A stretch of DNA of 64,000 nt from Octopus vulgaris. Lineage: Eukaryota. The notes under the pieces were generated by a model. The model worked only from the letters and a program-made list of their open reading frames with translations. It did no database searches and was not told the origin of the DNA. The position numbers and the translations under genes are program-made. This document shows positions 49,651 to 62,659 of this stretch, in pieces; position 1 is the first letter of the stretch; the number at the start of each line of letters is the position of its first letter. The stretch covers positions 108,996,001 through 109,060,000 of the forward strand of contig OX597820.1 of assembly GCA_951406725.2 (NCBI GenBank), in the 5' to 3' direction.

Positions 49651-51693
49651 GTACGGTCTTTCATAACGCAACATTTTCCATATTAAAATACTTTATTAGA
49701 TTAATAGATATAATTCATTATTTAAAGTCTAAATCTTCTCAATACAAGATATCAATTCTTCCAATATTTACAAATATAAATCTTTTAATTTTCGTAATAT
49801 AGTTTATAAATCGAGTTGTATGTAGTTTACCGCGTTTATTTTTAATTCGTTTTTCTCTGAAATGTTACCCTTATTTTATATTTATTTGTATATAGCTTTG
49901 CAAATCTTTTTACACATTTTTCTTTAATTGATAACATTGCTTCATTAATGATATCTTCTGAGTTAGAAATGTCATACTATATTCCATATACATTTGTTAT
50001 GAAAACATGTGCTTCAGGAACGAGATTCGTTATAACTTTTAAATCTAGCAATTTCTTGATGTTTAACCCGAATTTAATTCAGATCGTGTAGTCCTCTGAC
50101 GAAAGGCTTTCCAGCTTGTTTTCATATATTTAGCATGACTAAATCACTATATTTTTTGTCAGTTTTATACATAAGACTGATTATATGTAACTTTGTTGCG
50201 TTTCCCCCTTTTAAAACCAATTCAAATGATATAGTTTTAATGGTATTATTGTAAAAAAAATAAAGGAGGGAAGATAAAAAGTAAATTAACCTTTTGTTTG
50301 TTGACAGTATAGATATGTGATATTTATAAGCTCCCTTGAAATCGTATTTACAATATAAAAATTAATGCTAAAAATTCAACCTAATCCAAGAGTATATGGA
50401 AAAAATATTACAATCAGTTTGTTAGTATTGTTATTGTAACCTCGTTAACATTTGGTAATTTTTAGAAATACTTTTCAATATTGTTGAGTAATTCTTCAAT
50501 ATTAGTATATATTTTACCTATTTGTTTAATATATTTACATGTTTCATTTGCTTTACTGATCCCTGCTCAGAATCATTTCAAGCATATTAACCATTGATAG
50601 TAATAAGAAGGGGACATAACCGCCTCTAACATGTTTAGATATGATTGACAGTAATAGTCGAAGCTAATAGTGTTGAATGAAGTAAGGCTACACTATGTTC
50701 AGTATTTCAGTATTGATTCTAGAAGCATTATGAAATTTGATATTGAGTCACTACAAAAATTTCAAAGGGATTTCATGGTATCAGTTCCCCCATAGAAAAT
50801 AGTTCACAAGATTTTAAAAGTTGATTTGGAGTTAATGAAATTATCTTCCCTCCACCTATATTTTTTTTCCCCTTGAAGTGACGGGTTGTAATGAAAATGA
50901 ATTTCATGGATATCTTGCAGAGAAAATTTAGAGTGCATTTCAGTGTTAAGACAGAGCAGCTGAAATACCTTATTCTGCTTTCATTTTAATCCTCTTTTTA
51001 TCATTCTTTTGTCTGTCTCTATCCTGTGTGCACATTCTGTGTGTGTATAACATCATTTTATATCCACTTTTTCAAGCTTGGATGGGTCAGGTGGAATTTT
51101 CTGAGGCAGATTATCTACGAGTTGATGCACTTCCTATTACCAACCTTCACCTGTTTCCAAGAAAGGTGATATTTCCCCATGGCCAGACATGTTTTTCATT
51201 GAAGACTGGAAATGAACAACCTCATCTGTTTGATGGTGATGCTCAATTACAACCATCACATGATGTCTAGACAAGGATACACACAAAAACATACATATAT
51301 ATGTCTATATATATTTGTGTGTGTGTTATTTTCTTTCAGTTTCTAACTATCAAATATATTTGATCAGCCTGGGGCTATAGTAGAAGACAAAGCCCAAGGT
51401 GCCATGCAATGGGACTGAACCCAAGATCACATGGTTGGGAAGCAAGCTTTTCAACCACATATACATACTAAAACATTTTAAAACTAAGTGTGATTGAAGA
51501 CCCAAATGACACTTGAAAGTGAAAAAAACTTAGTACTCAGTTTCTTGTCTTTATATGCCCATTTTGTTTTAAAATAATATGTGTTGTATATTGAGTCTTA
51601 GATTAGTCATCATACATGAACTTCAGTTGATTATCTACATAAAACTGATTTTAAATGTATAAATATTATTTATTGTTTCGTTTTATATATCAG

Positions 51694-51768
51694 ATGCAGC
51701 TGAAATTATTCAAACTCGAAGCAATGAGAATGCAGGAAGACATGAATATTATGTTCACTATGAAGGAT
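51694..51768 (+). CDS. KAT8: KAT8/MOF exon 2 (chromobarrel)
   Basis: cag|...|gtaag; HAAEIIQTRSNENAGRHEYYVHYEG. Confidence 0.95.
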
Positions 51769-51889
51769 GTAAGTTACATAGTTTAGTAGCATGGATCATT
51801 GTTATCGATGTTTTAATATTTGTTTTTCTGCCACTAGTAATGGAAGTAATTACAGAGATGTTATTTGTAAATTTCATCAAATCTTTTTT

Positions 51890-53750
51890 TCATCATCATC
51901 TCAGTTAACGTCCGTTTTCTATGCTGGCATGGGTTGGACAGTAACAGGGAGCTGATCAGCCGGGGAGATGTCCATACTCCAATTGTCTGTTGTGGCATGG
52001 ATTTTATGGCTGTATCCCCATTCCTAATGCCAATGACTTTACAGAGTGTGCTGGGTGCTTTTTATGTGTCACTGGCACAGGTATGTTTACGCAGCACCAA
52101 TATGAGTGCATTTTATGTGGCACTGGCACCTGGAAAGGTCAAGACTGTGTGTGGATGACAGCAATTTTACTTAACTTGATGCATCTTCTCAAGTACAGCA
52201 AATTGCCACAAATCCTGGTCTCTTGTCATTTCCTCAGTGAGGCCCAGTGTACGAAGATCCTTTCTCACCACTTCATCCCATGTCTTCCTTGGTTTATCCC
52301 TTCCACAGCTTTCCTCCACAATTAGGGCTTGGCACTTCTTTATGCAGCTATCCTCATCTATACGCATCACATGACAAAACCAGCACAGTCTTCTCTCTTG
52401 TGCACAACATCTGATGCCTCTTATACTCAGTTTTCCTCTTGAATCATTTACACTCTGCCATGCAAGCACACTGACATTACCCATCCAGCGGAGCATGCTA
52501 GCTTTATTTCTTTCAAGCCTTTGTAGTCAAAGCCCATGTTTCACTGCTATGTAGCATAGCTGTACATACACAGGCATCATACAATCTGCCTTTCACTCTG
52601 AGGGAGAGGCCCTTAGTTACCAACAGAGGTAGAATCTCTTTGAACTTTTACCTAGCCTGTTTTTATTTTAGCAACTACACTTTCAGAACTTCCTCCTCCA
52701 CTGCTAACTTTGTCTCCTAGGTAACAGAAGTTATCTTCTTCTAATGCTCTCCCCAAGCATTTGAGGGAATGTATTGTCTGCATTTTTAGTGCTTACTATA
52801 CCTACACATTTACCACACACAAAGACTATTTTCTCTGTTAACCTTCCTTTGATACCACTACACCTCTTATCCGTCCAAAGCTTGCACTGGGTACAACATG
52901 GAGTTTCTACCAACATTCTTCTTACATATGCAGAGCCATTTCCCTGAAGGGATTTGTGATTTGTCTGTTTTTCTACTTACTAGGACTTTGATTTTCGCTA
53001 AATTAACTCTAACGCCCTCTAAGTCAGGTAGTGATTCAGCTATAAGAAGAAGGTCATCAGTGTAGTGAAGCTCCCAGTAGCAGCTGTTCTTGAATTCCTC
53101 TGTTAAGACCTGGAGGACCAAGGTAAACAAGGGGACTGAGGACCGATCCTTTGTGAACTCCTACTTGTACACTGAGTTCATTGCTATACTCATTGCCAAC
53201 CCTCACCTTACTGACAGTATCCCTGTACATGGTTTGTACAGCTATCCCTAGCACCTGCATTGACCATCAGATAAGAGAGCTGGGTATCCTGTTAAAAGCT
53301 TTCTCCGTGTCAACAGAAACCAAGTACAGAGGTTTATTTTTGGCTAAATACTTCTCTGCAGTTGCCTAACCAGGAATATAGTATCAATTCTGCTTCTACC
53401 TGACACAACTCCAAACTGCATCCCATCTACACTAACTCTCTTCCTAATTAATTGAGCTATGATCTTTTTTGTGACTTATGTCTCCTGTTCCAGCAATTTG
53501 ATGCCTCTGTAATTATTTCTGTTTCAGGCATAACCTTTACCTTTGTTGCCGCTAACTATAATGTTGCTACACCAATTGTTTGGTATAGCTCCCTCATGGA
53601 CAACCTGACTTACTATACAGGTGACTTGGCCATGTCTTACTCCACCAGATATTTTAAGCATCTCTGGTGATTCCCGATGGGCTTTCCCTGTCTTCATATT
53701 CTTAATTGCTTTATCTACCAAGCTTCTATTGATTCAAGCTAGCTGGTTCC
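51890..53750 (-). mobile_element. RTE-clade LINE, 5'-truncated and decayed, in KAT8 intron 2
   Basis: VGVHKGSVLSPL, LHYTDDL, MLRWMGNVS..ERRLCWFCHVMR..KPRKTW; 3' UTR ends in (atg)n. Confidence 0.9.
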
Positions 53751-54295
53751 TCTGTTGGGTCTATTTTTATCTGAAGGCAAAATATTTCCCTTTCTTTGAT
53801 CTCTACATTTATTGACGACTTGCCTTTTATATGGATTATATTTGGTCATCCTTTCTTTATCCCTTTTCTTTAACTGTTCATAATGCTATCATTTTTAGTT
53901 CTTAATCTGTTAGATACTTGTTCTTCCAAATGTTAGCCATTAAAGTCATTGTTAATTTTGATAAATTCTATTACAAAGAAAACCTCAAACTTTTTAACAG
54001 CGTTTATAACATTTAAACATGTGATTTTTAGTTATTTAAATGATCTAAATATTACAAGAGGTTCATAACTGCTTCAATTTTTTTTAGAAAATGTCTTAGG
54101 TTACAGTTTTGTTTCAATCAGAGAAATTCTGAAAATTTCATTTATGTAAATAATGAAACTAGAATGCATTAAGAATACTTTTATTTTTCATTACTTTTGG
54201 AAACATGATGATGATGATGATGATGTAGTTAAAACTAATACATATTTCCATTGGTTGTTGCTGTATCACTCTAGAAATGATATTCGTATTTGCAG

Positions 54296-54477
54296 TTAAT
54301 CGTCGATTGGATGAATGGGTTAATGTTGATCGATTTGATCTCCAGACCAAACTCGAAGACCAGCAGAACAAAGGCAAAGATTTATCAATTACTCTCACAG
54401 ATCTTAGTGATGGTACTGACCGTAAAATCACACGGAACCAGAAACGTAAACATGATGAAATAAATCATGTCCAGAAA
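54296..54477 (+). CDS. KAT8: KAT8/MOF exon 3
   Basis: tgcag|...|gtgagt; FNRRLDEWV...RKITRNQKRKHDEINHVQK. Confidence 0.96.
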
Positions 54478-55369
54478 GTGAGTTGGAAGTTTATCTTTTG
54501 GTGTTCCATTTTATATCTGACCCAATCTTTTTATTTTGATTCAGGGACATAGGCATTATTGTGTTGTCAAGACATTTGCTTCCCAACCGCATGGTTTCAG
54601 TTCAGTCCCTGCACTGCAGGCAAGTGTCTTCTTTCCCCTTAGATCGACTAGGTAGAAGGAAACTAAAAGAAGCCTGCTGTATATGTGTGTGTGTGTGTAC
54701 TATTTTACATTGTATCATATATTTGTGTAATATGTATACATAAGTATACATATGGAAAGCAGTAATTAAGAATGGAGCAGAAAAGTCTTTGCATCTGATA
54801 TGGAGTACCTGAAATATTTGCAAATTCCATAGTCCAATAGTATTTATGGTCATCATGTACTACACCCAGTTTCATTGCAGCTTCTTTATAACTATGGCAA
54901 ACTACACCATTAATAGTCCTCTTATCTTCAAGCGATGTAGCTCCAGGAATATGATATAGTAAAGCTCTCAGATAGAATTGCTCTTATTCTTTTAGTGAAA
55001 CAAAGTAGATACCCCCAATTGAATGTGATTGTTTTTTCTGAGATGCCACATTGTCTCACTATTATTCCATGTGTAAAATTCAGGGAAATCAGTATAGTGT
55101 AATGTACATGCAAATGAGTCAGCTGGTGATTTCTGGTTAACTTACATCCATTTAGTGAGAGTGGACCTGTTGTGTGTAGATAACGTGTTCAATATCATCA
55201 TTGTCATTAAAGTAACTGTATTGATGTTGGGGTAAATGAACTGTAAGCTGTCTGATTGCAGGATATGAACCATGGAATTTGAACCCTAAAATATTCCAGA
55301 CTATCTCTGATGAGACTACATAGCAGCTATTGATATAATTTTCAATTTTATCTTTGTGTGCATGTCATG

Positions 55370-55990
55370 CATTGGTTTGTCCACTAATATTGACTGTCAC
55401 CCAATCATGACCTTTATGAATGTATTTGCTAATATATTTAACTGATTTTACAGATGCACATATCTCTACATTACAATATCCTCCATATTTGACTAGGGTG
55501 AATATGGTAATACTGAATGATTATCTAATTCAACATTAGACTTTGTAAATGTAAATTTATTATTTCAATGTTGATAAAGTGGATAGCCATTATAACTGTG
55601 GAATGTATTTTCCTGAAAGTCTCTAGGGAAATGTTTTTTACATTTCCCATCAACCATACACGTTACTTTGGGTTTATTTCTTCCAGCATGCTTTACGTGA
55701 CATGTTGAAACAGAATTGGTTGTGTTTGTGGATTTGGAAGTTCTGCATAAACAAATTGATCATAATGTTCTGGATTTTTTTTTAATATGAACAACATATG
55801 ACAATGGAGTAGTCCATGCTTTTGAAACTCTGTAGTCCGCATCAACCCCGCAACCTCTCCTAAAATATTTTTCTCCAAAATATCATGCAAGAGATCCCTA
55901 AATTTCATATTAAATACTCTGCCAGTTAAATCTGGTCTGTTAGCTGGTGTCTGTACTGGATAAAGTTTGTCTGGGATACTGGTCAAGCAA
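55370..55990 (-). mobile_element. Helitron Rep fragment
   Basis: RPDLTGRVF, EFQKHGLLHCH (HUH-like), AELP, CNVEICASVKSVKYISKYIHKGHD. Confidence 0.85.
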
Positions 55991-56185
55991 TGAAAATTTT
56001 GACATGAATGTAAATTAAATTATGGAGTTGTACTTGCATAGCAAGTGACTTGATCTGAGATCATGTGCTGAAACAAAAACAGTTGCAGCATGGAAGATGA
56101 TTGTAAGCCATTTAAGAACACACAAAAAACTATTAGATTCACTTCAACATTTATATTTAATTTGTGTCAAAATATTTTTGTTGCT

Positions 56186-56271
56186 CTGAAACTGTGACCT
56201 GTTCAGTGACAAAACTTCATGCTGTATCTATGCAGCATGAAATTTTGTCAGTGAATAGGTCACAGTTTCAG
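56186..56271. repeat. 86-nt near-perfect hairpin
   Basis: ctgaaactgtgacctgttcagtgacaaaacttcatgctg / cagcatgaaattttgtcagtgaataggtcacagtttcag. Confidence 0.85.
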
Positions 56272-56289
56272 GCAATCTAGCATAACTAT

Positions 56290-56655
56290 AGATTTCTTCC
56301 CTCCTCCTTCCCAACTTTGGATGATCATAACTTTCAGAAAAACGGAATTTGTAAATGAAATTTTTATGAATATGTGTTGGGAGAAAGTGTTTTAGGGATG
56401 GGTGGGGTGGGGAATTTCGGAAAATTCACCGGAGTCCACTTCAATTCATCTTCACTTTTAAGAAAATGGATATTTTGTAATGAAATTCTCTACAAATATG
56501 CCTTGGACTATGTAGATTTCAAGGACATAGGAATTTTTGGGAAAAACAATTGAGAGTTATTTTTGTGAACTGTTCCCCACTTGGGAGTGTTTTGGAACAA
56601 GTCTATATTTGTTTCATTTTCTCTGTTTTGCACATTTGTGCATCCATAGATTTCT

Positions 56656-56687
<32 letters not shown>

Positions 56688-57369
56688 AAAAAAGTTAAAA
56701 CGGGGAATTATTTCATTCAATATCATGTTTATTATAGAGATTATGTAACAAATTATACTTTACACTTCTGTATTCAACTGTGCGTGTATATTCCTTATTT
56801 TTGCTTCTGGTGTCTTCTGCCTTTCTGTTAGAGATGTTTATCTGGGAATTTACTTTAAGTGAAAAAAATGTTGTATGCAACAGATGAGTTGTCTTAATAG
56901 CATATTTCTGTTATTTTTAGCATAACGAGTTTTCTGGTAAGGGCTTCATTTGCTTTCACTGCCTGTTTGTTGCTTCAGTAGAAATTTATGGATGCACAAA
57001 CACACAAAACGGAGAAAATGAAACAAATATGGATGACTTGTTCCAAAACACACCTGAGGAGGGAACGGTTCTCGAAGTAACCCTCAATTGTTTTCCCTCC
57101 AGATTCCTAAGTCCTTAGATTCTACATAGTCTGAGTTATATTTGTAGAGGATTTCATTAAAAAAATATCCATTTTCTTGAAAGTTAAGACAAATTGGATT
57201 CTGGTAAGTTTTCCGAAATTCCCCACCCCCTCCTAAAACACTTTCCCTAAAAAATATTGTATATTCGGAATCTACATGATATAACACATATTTGTAGAAA
57301 ATTTCATTAAAAAATATCTATTTTTCTGAAAATTATGATCATCTAAAGTCAGTGGGGGGGCAGAAATCT
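56290..57369. mobile_element. Foldback element, ~370-bp imperfect arms, KAT8 intron 3
   Basis: gatgatcataactttcagaaaaa / tttttctgaaaattatgatcatc; gtgcatccata / tatggatgcac. Confidence 0.8.
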
Positions 57370-57574
57370 TGTGGTGGCTGTAAAGACGGAAAGTTGCCGA
57401 TGCATAATGTTGTTCACTTTAGGATGTAAATTATTCATTTATTTCAAATATAATAGAAATAAGATGATCTTAATGTTATCAAATTAGAATTAAAAGTGAA
57501 AGAATGAAAGTGAAACTATATTATAGCCTTATCACATTATAGATGATAAACATCTTTCTTTATTATAGTACAGA

Positions 57575-59690
57575 CTAGCTGAAGGTGACCTGCTCTACGT
57601 GCGGGTAAGAGTGTGGTTGTTACTTTCTGTTGCTTCCTTTCAGCACGTAAAAAGCACCATCCGAACGTGGCCGATTGCAGCGCCGCCTTGACTTGCTTCT
57701 GTGCCGGTGGCATGTAAAAAGCACCTACCGATCGTTGCCACTGCGAGCCCCCCTGGTACCTATGCCGGTGGCACGAAAAAAGCACCCGCTACACTCACAG
57801 AGTGGTTGGCGTTAGGAAGGTCATCCACCTGTAGAAATACTGCCAGATCAGACTGGATCTTGGTGCAGGCTCCTGGCTTCCCAGACCCCGGTCACACTGT
57901 CCAACCCGTGCTAGCACGGAAAACGGACGTTAAACGATGATAATGATGATGATTCTCCGTATTTGTTTCTCTCTCCTTTCTTTCTCACTTTCCCACTCTC
58001 TTACTTTTCTTTTCTCTCGGACTCTCCCTCGCTTTCTCTTACTCTCTATCTTTATCTATCTCTCTCCCATTTATAAACAACAGAAGATCTTGAGTAAGTT
58101 GAGAAATAAAATATTTAGAAAGATCAATCAGAAATATGAGGCAGTGGCAATGGAAAGGTCTGCTTCAAGGCAGACAGCAAAACGCTAACATTTAAAAGGG
58201 ACAGACGAACTTGCGAGCTGAATAAAAATAATAAAATATTGGAAACCAAAGTTTGAAGGGATAGAATCTGAGGATAGTAGAGTCACCATGGCTGGCATTT
58301 CTTAACGACGGACAGCAACGTAGTGTCAGTTTAACGGCTGATGTAAAATTTTGAACTTGATGTAAAAGAAAATTCGTAAACACCAAGTTTTGAAGTGATT
58401 CTTTCTCACGACAGTAGACTCACCATGGCAAGCATTCAAAACTTCTTTATCATGGACGGCAACACATTGACGATTAAAAGGCTGGCGCAAATTTTTTTAG
58501 CTTGATGTAACAGAGAATTCCTAAACATCCGCTCCTTGAAATTTTAATCCCCTTCCAGCCCCATTTAGACCCCTTTTCACATTTTGGTTAATATAACCCG
58601 ATTTTATTCGGGTCTACTGGGGCCACATTTTATAAGATGAGGAATTTTGTCCTAGAGGTCACGCCTTTCATTTGAGGAAAAAAATAGTTGTCATGCAAAC
58701 TTGCCAGCACTTTTAACATAGGTGTGCATATTTTCAGCTGAATCGACCGACTACGTAATGCACACATTATATATATATATATGTGTATATATATGTGTGT
58801 GTGCATGCATTATATATACAAATGTATACAAATGAGATATATATCTGTATAAATTAAATTAGAGATAAAACCACTAATAGGCAAATCAAACAGTGAAAAA
58901 CCAAAAACAAAAATATTAAAAAAAATATATAATATAGAAAATATATAAAATATAAAATTGAAAAATTTAAATTATTTAAATTGAAAATAAAAATTATTAA
59001 ATTATATTTATAATTTGTTTAAAAATATATATAACTATGAAAAAGTATGAAAAAGTTTAATATACATAAATAAAGATATATACACTTTGTATATATACAT
59101 TATATATACATATTTATATATAGAACACACACACATACATTATATATACATATTTATATATAGAACACACACACACACATACATTATATATACATATTTA
59201 TATATAGAACGCACACACACACACATACATTATATATACATATTTATATATAGAACACACACACACATATAAATGAACGCAAGAATATGTGATTCATAAT
59301 ATTTGTTCTCATGATTGTGTGTTGTTTGGTAGCGATGATAATTCTCCCTATGAATGCAAACAGAAAGATCAAAGAAAGCCACCTGACGAACTTATAAAGG
59401 GAAAGTGAAAGGGAGTTGAGGGGAATACATTAAATAACGGGAGTGGCATTCTCAAAGTTATTAATGAAGGGGAGTAAGAGAGGGAAAGGAGGAAATAGTG
59501 TGAGTGAGGAAGATAGCCCCTAGCAACCACACCTTTTAAGCTAGGGATTTCTAAGGTAGCCCACGAGCATTGTCACCTCATTCTACATGTCCCTGTAAAT
59601 TTTGGAGCAAATCGGACGGGATGTAGTGGCATTGAAAGCGATCCAAGCGGTAAAAACACATTTCAGTTTTATATATAGAGAAGAAGATAG
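57575..59690 (-). mobile_element. Non-autonomous Helitron (same family as 22798-24487) with a nested RTE-type SINE (57640-57952) and a ~40-bp minisatellite (59085-59270)
   Basis: Minus strand: TC-TCTATATAT 5' end; cccgcacgtagagcagg hairpin + CTAG|T 3' end. Confidence 0.78.
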
Positions 59691-61155
59691 AGATGTGACT
59701 AATTCAGCAAAACATTACTTTCATTATTGAAACATCATCACTCTTGTAATACAACACTTTGTAATTTGGTGGAAATTGAAAGTGTGAAACTATTTTCACT
59801 TTCTAATGAAACCTGGTTGTTGTAGAGCAGTGTATGTCAAATAACTATGGCTGGTTGTTGAGATAATGTAAAATATATGTAAATGAAAATATAGTTTATT
59901 TGGTAGCAAAAAAATTACTGAATATATTGATACCCCATACATAAAAATGGGCAACCCAATTTTCGAATGCATAAGGGACATATGCATGCACGCACACACA
60001 CACACACTCTCTCTATCTCTCTGTCTCTCTCTCTCACTTTTAGAACATGCATAAGGTATGAAACATCAGCATTTTTCTGTCACCCTCTATCCCTGTCTTT
60101 CATCTATAGCAACTCGTTTTCTGTCTCTGTTTCTTTCTCTCGTCTCTCTCTCATTTTGTGTTTCTCCCTCTGATTCCGTAAAAAATTTATTTCTTTATGC
60201 TTTGAAGAGAGCAGAAATTGAAAGAAGAGAAAGCGAAAAGGACAGAGAACAGAAAGTGAAAGATGTATGTATGTCTGTGTGTGCGTGTGTGCACGTGAGA
60301 GAGAGAAAGAGTGAAATATGCAAGCATAGAAAAGTAGATGTTAGAACAATGATAATAATGATCAGTAAGCTTCCTGTCCGCTAACACTGCTGAGATGTGC
60401 CCTCTGTAGCTCAGTAACAAATATGAAGGAACTGCAACTGTCATGCTCTGGCCAACTTCCCCTCCCTGTTAGTCTGTGTAACAAACTATCCAGATTGTTA
60501 AACCATACAATATACAATTAAGTACAAAATTATGGAATGAGCTTAGTGGTCCTCCGACTAGGGTGGGACCATGGTATTTGTGGTGCAATGTTCTGTGAAT
60601 TAAAACTAGTCAGTTGGTCAACTATTATGTGCCATAGTAAGATCTAGAGATATTCAATAACATCAGTAGAATGTTTAAAATTTTTTCTTGTAATAATTCT
60701 AAAATTTATTATTCAACTAATTGATTGTTTTCACCTGAATAATTTCCCTTGATAAGTTCTTCAGTTGAAGTTTGTGTGGATTCCTGTTCAACATTGGCTC
60801 CTTTGTTGGCTTGTATATATATTTGTTAAATGTTTATGTTGATGACTGGAGGAATTCTAAGATTAAAGTCTCTCCTACATTGTGTGCTTGTACAAATACA
60901 CATGTTTTATAACTAGTGCACAAAGGAAAAAAGTGTGCACACATTTTCAAGAAATTAAATTTTTTAAATTGAAGATGATTTTTCACTTAGATGTGCACAT
61001 AACTTTACAAAGAAAGAGAAAATTTGCACACAAGTAAATTTCTGCACACCCTCACTCACGGAAAAAAATTAGGAGGAACATTGTCCAAGATATTTTTGTC
61101 ATTTCATATTTTTGTTTACATTGTTCTAAAATCTGAATTTTAAAAAAAATTTTAG

Positions 61156-61209
61156 ACATATGCTGAGATGGACCCAACAACTGCAGCTCTTGAAAAGGAA
61201 CATGAAGCG
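61156..61209 (+). CDS. KAT8: KAT8/MOF exon 4
   Basis: tag|TYAEMDPTTAALEKEHEA|gt. Confidence 0.96.
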
Positions 61210-61911
61210 GTTAGATGAAAATATATTTCTGATTTCTTTAGTTATTGCTGATATTTATGTCTCAAGTTAATTTTCTTGACTAATGAGTAATTTATTTCTC
61301 TATATAATGTTTATTCCTTCCAATAGTACTGTTTATTTAGATATCAGTGTGTGATATATGGGGGCTTCCTTGTAACTACAAGAATATTTCAGCAAGACTT
61401 TGTCTGAATGCTATAAGGTTCAGTAATTTCATTTGTTGTTTCAAAATTGAAACCTGTTTTCATTCAGACAAGATTTACTTAAGAATGTGAAATTCTAGTT
61501 AGAATTACAAATAAACTATTTGCTTTTGTTAGTGTCTTTTGTTGTCAGCAGGAATGAATAAAACAAAATTTACAACCAAAGTATGTAGATCTAAATTTTA
61601 TGTAACACTAAATGTTTGTTATGAGAGTATCAGGCAGTGTTTAGATATTATTTTGTAGTACTTTATCACTACAAAATAAAAAAAAATATATATATATATA
61701 GAGAGAGAGATTGATTCAACATGCTATTGTAGCTTGTAAAGAAAATCCTAGGATTAATTATTATCAGAATATGTTTGAACCAGTGTTATCCATTGGTAGT
61801 TCTTGATAGATTAAGGATATTTTTGAAATATAAAACTAAACTATATTAACTTGAGAATTTTGATAAACATTTTGGAAGCTTTCTTTCATATTTCATCTTT
61901 TTTTGTTATAG

Positions 61912-62076
61912 ATCACAAAAGTCAAGTATATTGACAAAATACAGATTGGAAAATATGAAATAGATGCCTGGTATTTTTCACCTTACCCTGAAGAATATGG
62001 AAAACAACCCAAATTATGGATTTGTGAATATTGTTTAAAATACATGCGTTTGGAAAAATCTTATCGATATCATCAG
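61912..62076 (+). CDS. KAT8: KAT8/MOF exon 5 (MYST zinc finger)
   Basis: [55 protein letters not shown]. Confidence 0.97.
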
Positions 62077-62144
62077 GTAAAGTGGAAAATTTGTTCACAC
62101 CATCCAGTAAGATCAGCCAGATCTTTCTCTCTCCTCTTGTTTGA

Positions 62145-62339
<195 letters not shown>

Positions 62340-62413
62340 TAGTGAATGCTATTCTATATAAAAGCTGATTACTTTGCTTGTTCTGATATTTTACCTATTT
62401 TTTTCTTTTTTAG

Positions 62414-62575
<162 letters not shown>

Positions 62576-62659
62576 TAATTCTTCTGATTATCATTGTTAT
62601 GTTGTAACTGTTAAGTCTGGTAATTAAAAAAAAATCTATCATAGTTTAAGTCCTTACAT

